Shown here: one piece after another, positions 28,472-32,000 of the stretch
Layout: the number at the start of each line of letters is the position of its first letter
How positions within the stretch are numbered: the stretch's first letter is position 1
Assembly (NCBI RefSeq): GCF_000012285.1
Contig: NC_007181.1
Span: forward strand, 1,980,001 to 2,012,000
Origin: Sulfolobus acidocaldarius DSM 639
GTDB lineage: Archaea; Thermoproteota; Thermoprotei_A; Sulfolobales; Sulfolobaceae
Length of the DNA: 32,000 nucleotides
Direction of reading: 5' to 3'
The notes under the pieces: model-generated
Seen by the model: the letters and a program-made list of their open reading frames with translations, nothing else
Databases searched by the model: none
What the model was told of the DNA's origin: nothing
Position numbers and translations under genes: made by a program

Positions 28472-29515
28472 ATGATAAGGTCGGACTTACCTATAATTAA
28501 AGCTAGTCTGGGTATTGACTTTTTGAGTGTGGAAGTAATAAGAGATTATAGAACACCAGTAATCTTTTATGATCTAAAGGGAAGAAAAATACATGAAAAA
28601 ACTCTGGAGAACGTCATTTTAATGGACTCTAAAGACAATGTATTATATATAGCTGAGACGTCATTTAACACAAGGTATAAGATCATAAGAGAAGTTTATG
28701 ATCCATCAATCGGTTTTAGCACAAATATCATAGAGGAGATAAAAGAAGACAAGGAGGATCAAGTTAAAGTAAAAGATGTTTATATCAAAGGCGAAGACAA
28801 CGTAACTTTACATGCTTTCCTCCTGACAAAGAGTGACAGACCTAAGGCTGTAGTCGTTTACGGTTATGGTGGATTCAGAATTCCCATACTTCCAGGACAC
28901 AATATAATTCATAGACTTCCTCTTTCACGATTAGGATTCTCGATACTTGTAACAAATTTAAGAGGAGGTAATGAGAACGGTGAGGAATGGCATAGACAGG
29001 GAATGTTGCTCAATAAGAAAAATGTATTTAAGGACTTTGAGGAGTTTGTAAGGTTTGTTAAGGGATTTGGAGGTAAAGTTATAACAATGGGTTCAAGCAA
29101 CGGTGGGCTATTGGTGGGTGCCACAATAAACGATATCCCTAACCTAGTAGACTGTGCAGTGATTGGACATCCCGTGTTAGATATGTTAAGATATCATAAG
29201 CTATATGTAGGTAAATATTGGATTTCGGAGTATGGAGATCCTGATAAACCCGAATTTAGAGATTACTTGGCATCTTATAGTCCTTATCACAACATAAAAC
29301 CCGGCTTGCCCAATACATTCGTTTACACTGGAATTAGTGATGATAGGGTACATCCTGGTCACGCATTAAAGTATGTCGCTAAATCCAGGAGTATGGGAAA
29401 CAATGTTCTGTTATTTGTAAATGATACTGGTCATGCTGTTGCTGACCCTGAATCCTTGGCATTGGAATACAGTTACCTTTTAGCCTTCATGGAAGAATGT
29501 GTAAAGGAGAGATGA
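28472..29515 (+). CDS. Prolyl oligopeptidase (S9A), C-terminal part with catalytic domain
   Basis: YGYGGF, RGGNENGEEWHRQGMLLNKKNVFKDF, the nucleophile GSSNGGLL, DMLRYHKLYVGKYWISEYGDP, SPYHN, DDRVHPGHALK and TGHA are present. Confidence 0.9.
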   Translation: MIRSDLPIIKASLGIDFLSVEVIRDYRTPVIFYDLKGRKIHEKTLENVILMDSKDNVLYIAETSFNTRYKIIREVYDPSIGFSTNIIEEIKEDKEDQVKVKDVYIKGEDNVTLHAFLLTKSDRPKAVVVYGYGGFRIPILPGHNIIHRLPLSRLGFSILVTNLRGGNENGEEWHRQGMLLNKKNVFKDFEEFVRFVKGFGGKVITMGSSNGGLLVGATINDIPNLVDCAVIGHPVLDMLRYHKLYVGKYWISEYGDPDKPEFRDYLASYSPYHNIKPGLPNTFVYTGISDDRVHPGHALKYVAKSRSMGNNVLLFVNDTGHAVADPESLALEYSYLLAFMEECVKER

Positions 29516-29520
29516 AAAAT

Positions 29521-29562
29521 GAAGACGAGCCTAGCCTCTCAAGGCGGGAGTATATCAGGTTC
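29521..29562 (+). repeat. Dispersed ~42-bp hairpin repeat, copy 4 (plus orientation)
   Basis: GAAGACGAGCCTAGCCTCTCAAGGCGGGAGTATATCAGGTTC begins 6 nt after the POP stop codon. Confidence 0.55.
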
Positions 29563-29980
29563 TATTCTATGCAAGGAAAATATCAAACACATTCATTTTC
29601 AAGTTTTCTTAGTTAGTGTTGAAAGGATAAAACTTCTCGAGCTTACAAAAGCATCTTATTCTCTGTTCCTCCCCTTTAAAAATGATAGTTTTAGTTGTGG
29701 ACTCCTATAGATCAGAGTTTTCAGTGCCGCTTTCATATGAGTAGCCTTTATATTACTTAAATATATTGAAAAAAATTTATATAAAACACTTGGAAATCTG
29801 AAAATATTTTAGCCGTTCACGTATATATACAAAATTTTATCTTTCAAACTTTGGGAGAAAACATTAAAATTTTTCATTTTTAACATATAGCACAAAATTA
29901 AATAGAAATTTTCTATCTATCCTTTTCAAATTACCTAAATTTGCTTTTCAAGTATTTAATATTATACCCTAATATTTTAG

Positions 29981-30583
29981 GTGCAGATTTTAAATATCCA
30001 TCTGTTGTATACTCAAAGGAATTTAATGAATGGTCAGCTTTCATATATAGAAACCTACAACATATACGCCTATAATAGTGACGAAATAATAATTATCAAT
30101 TATCCATTCAATTCTTTCCTTTACGTAATCAGGGAATTCCCATATGAGTTCTTAGTCTTCTCGTTTTCCCTAATATTTACTGGTCTAGTATTATATTTTG
30201 ACAGTGGAGTTAGGAGAGGTATATCAGAAGTTTTCAAAGGAAAGTTCACGTTCAGTAGAATCTTATGGCTGATTATTATAGGTGGTAACTTAATAGATGC
30301 TGTAGTCTCAAGTATCGCATGGATTAATTTCGATGCGTCTGAGTATAATGTGTTCCTTCAACCATATGATAACATTAATGGATATTCTGTTGGTATAATG
30401 ATGTTATTTACAATAAAGATACTTAGTATATTGGTTATTTACGTCATAACTACACTTGCAGGAAGGATATGCGTTAAATGTAAAAATGCTATCTTGGCTT
30501 GGACAAGCGGAGTGGTGATATTCTTAGCCTCATACATATTATATTCCTTAACGACATACTTAATATATTTCAGAATTCTATAA
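29981..30583 (+). CDS. Small polytopic membrane protein, unknown function
   Basis: 200 aa from GTG 29981 (ATG 30026 is an alternative). It has four or five hydrophobic helices. I recognise no family with confidence. Confidence 0.5.
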   Translation: MQILNIHLLYTQRNLMNGQLSYIETYNIYAYNSDEIIIINYPFNSFLYVIREFPYEFLVFSFSLIFTGLVLYFDSGVRRGISEVFKGKFTFSRILWLIIIGGNLIDAVVSSIAWINFDASEYNVFLQPYDNINGYSVGIMMLFTIKILSILVIYVITTLAGRICVKCKNAILAWTSGVVIFLASYILYSLTTYLIYFRIL

Positions 30584-31468
30584 AAGTGCACCAACTTAAT
30601 AGAGGTTTTGTGAGCTTTAATAATCTATTTAAGGTCTTTAAAGGAAAGAGAATGAGGAAAAATTGGCATACATGGGAAACTGAATATCAGACGTTAATGA
30701 AAATTAAGAGTAGTTACAGTACTTCATGCCATTTATGCAGTTAACATATAATATGTTAGTTTGTGAAGAATGATAGTTAATATGAGTACATCTTTACTTT
30801 ATTATTCTTCTCTGATTTAAGACAAGACGTGTCAAATGGTTATCAAAAATTTGACCCAGTTGAGTATTACCTTCCTACCACAGTAATACTATTACAATTT
30901 TAATTATATTACATTCTCAACATATTTAGAAAATTACTCATGTTCAATTATATATGTTATGAAGTATTTGTAATGTCCGGTGAATATTTACTGCTATAAT
31001 CAATATAAAAATGTGTTCGAAAAAATCAAACTATTTCTCGATATCTACCTTCTCCTTAAACAGCCATGTATATTTAAAGCAGTTCGGGACATTATTTTAA
31101 CACATAAAGGTTTATCTTTGCTATATGAATCCATTACTTTTATTTTAAATTTACGTAAGTAATTCAAAAACTTACTGTCCGACTTTAAGTGATAAACTAT
31201 GATTTAGATAATTCATATTAATCTTTCAGACTTCTGGAAAACAATTAGGATTTTATTCCAAGAACGAAAGTATTGTATATTTTCGACCTAGGATTTCTCT
31301 ATTCTCATAGGTAGAGAAAAGGACATTATGTTTCTTTTTCAAGAAATTAATTAAATTTTACCTAACGCGATTCTTTTATCCTTCTTAATTCTTATCAAGA
31401 TATATCTAAAACTTTTCATAACATGAGTATAAATATCCTTATATACCATCAAATATAGTTTTCTCTAC

Positions 31469-32000
31469 ATGAGGTCAGAGTCAGTAGTAATTGGCGTGAA
31501 TAATATAAATTACGCTTTGGATTGGGCAAAAAATCCTGATAACGTTCTAGGTGTCATTCCTAGTGTTGTTGGTGTTGAGGATGGATACATGGTATTGAGG
31601 TTTAGAATACTGTGGTTCTTCAGATTAACCTCTAGATTTAAGATTCAAAGTCCGAAGATCTCATCAGACTCAGTGGAATGGTCTGCAGTAGATGACAAGG
31701 GAAACACTTTTGGGATAGGATTTTATCATGAGACAGAGGACATGTTAAGAGTTACATTAACTTATAAAGGGGAAAAGGAATGGATTGTAGGAAGGAACCT
31801 GAATAAGGTATTAGAAGAGATAAGAAAGGGTATGCTGAATGACTTAGATAAGACTGAGATATATGAGGTAGATGAAAATGGTGAAAATGCAGCTGATTAC
31901 TCACAAAACCTCTCAAAGCTATCTTATCTATCTAAACTAGTAATGAAATCTAAGATGGTGAGAACTCAGAACGTGGCTCTAAATGTAGGTGGTGTTGTAG
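31469..32000 (+). CDS. Two-domain hypothetical protein, paralogue of 25620-26402 (3' end beyond the window)
   Basis: It is absent from the ORF track because it runs off the window end. ATG 31469 gives MRSESVVIGVNNINYALDWAKNPDNVLGVIPSVV...KGEKEWIVGRNLNKVLEEIRKGML...DYSQNLSKLSYLSKLVMKSKMVRTQNVALNVGGVV, which is colinear with the 25620 protein. Confidence 0.75.
   Translation, partial: MRSESVVIGVNNINYALDWAKNPDNVLGVIPSVVGVEDGYMVLRFRILWFFRLTSRFKIQSPKISSDSVEWSAVDDKGNTFGIGFYHETEDMLRVTLTYKGEKEWIVGRNLNKVLEEIRKGMLNDLDKTEIYEVDENGENAADYSQNLSKLSYLSKLVMKSKMVRTQNVALNVGGVV

Noticed and set aside
29519-29710. 63-aa ORF immediately after the POP gene
   Set aside because: Its start and first 15 codons are supplied by repeat copy 4. 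The rest is low-complexity AT-rich sequence. It is probably created by the repeat insertion.
30499-31162. ORFs 30499-30744 (81 aa) and 30980-31162 (60 aa)
   Set aside because: The first overlaps the 3' end of the membrane-protein gene out of frame. Both lie in very AT-rich sequence, have Lys/Asn/Ile-biased products and show no motifs or promoter geometry.
1-32000. Search for tRNA, rRNA and CRISPR arrays
   Set aside because: I saw no GC-rich cloverleaf-like segments with a GGTTCRAATCC-type T-arm on either strand. There is no rRNA-like sequence and no regularly spaced direct repeats of 24-37 bp. The only tandem repeats are the intragenic 41-bp units.

Overview
AT-rich, gene-dense chromosomal segment that looks crenarchaeal, most likely Sulfolobales. 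Supporting signs are a thermopsin-family protease, an exonuclease-less PolB2/Dpo2, class III (pilin-type) signal peptides, secreted proteins rich in N-glycosylation sequons, TATA boxes about 27 nt upstream of start codons (leaderless style), and frequent GTG/TTG starts. I call about 28 protein-coding genes, mostly hydrolases and metabolic enzymes: acyl-CoA synthetase, FAH-family hydrolase, metallo-beta-lactamase-fold protein, formamidase/acetamidase, GNAT acetyltransferase, malic enzyme, two S9 peptidases, amidase, glycerophosphodiesterase and a riboflavin-pathway reductase. There are also several membrane or secreted proteins. I saw no rRNA, tRNA or CRISPR array. Six things deserve a second look. 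(1) A tightly overlapping three-ORF module: a small ORF, Dpo2/PolB2, and a RadA paralogue that has lost its P-loop, whose homology starts upstream of any canonical start codon and overlaps the dpo2 stop. (2) A prolyl oligopeptidase split exactly at an A9 run that forms an A-AAA-AAA -1 slippery heptamer. (3) A dispersed ~42-bp hairpin repeat in four copies, possibly IS200/IS605-end or MITE debris. (4) A gene-poor island carrying a coiled-coil PD-(D/E)XK nuclease-like gene with perfect internal 41-bp repeats. (5) Convergent full-length and truncated paralogues of a large GT-C/DUF2079-like membrane protein. (6) Two paralogous two-domain proteins of unknown function bracketing a ~5-kb block. All family assignments come from reading motifs by eye; no database search was possible.
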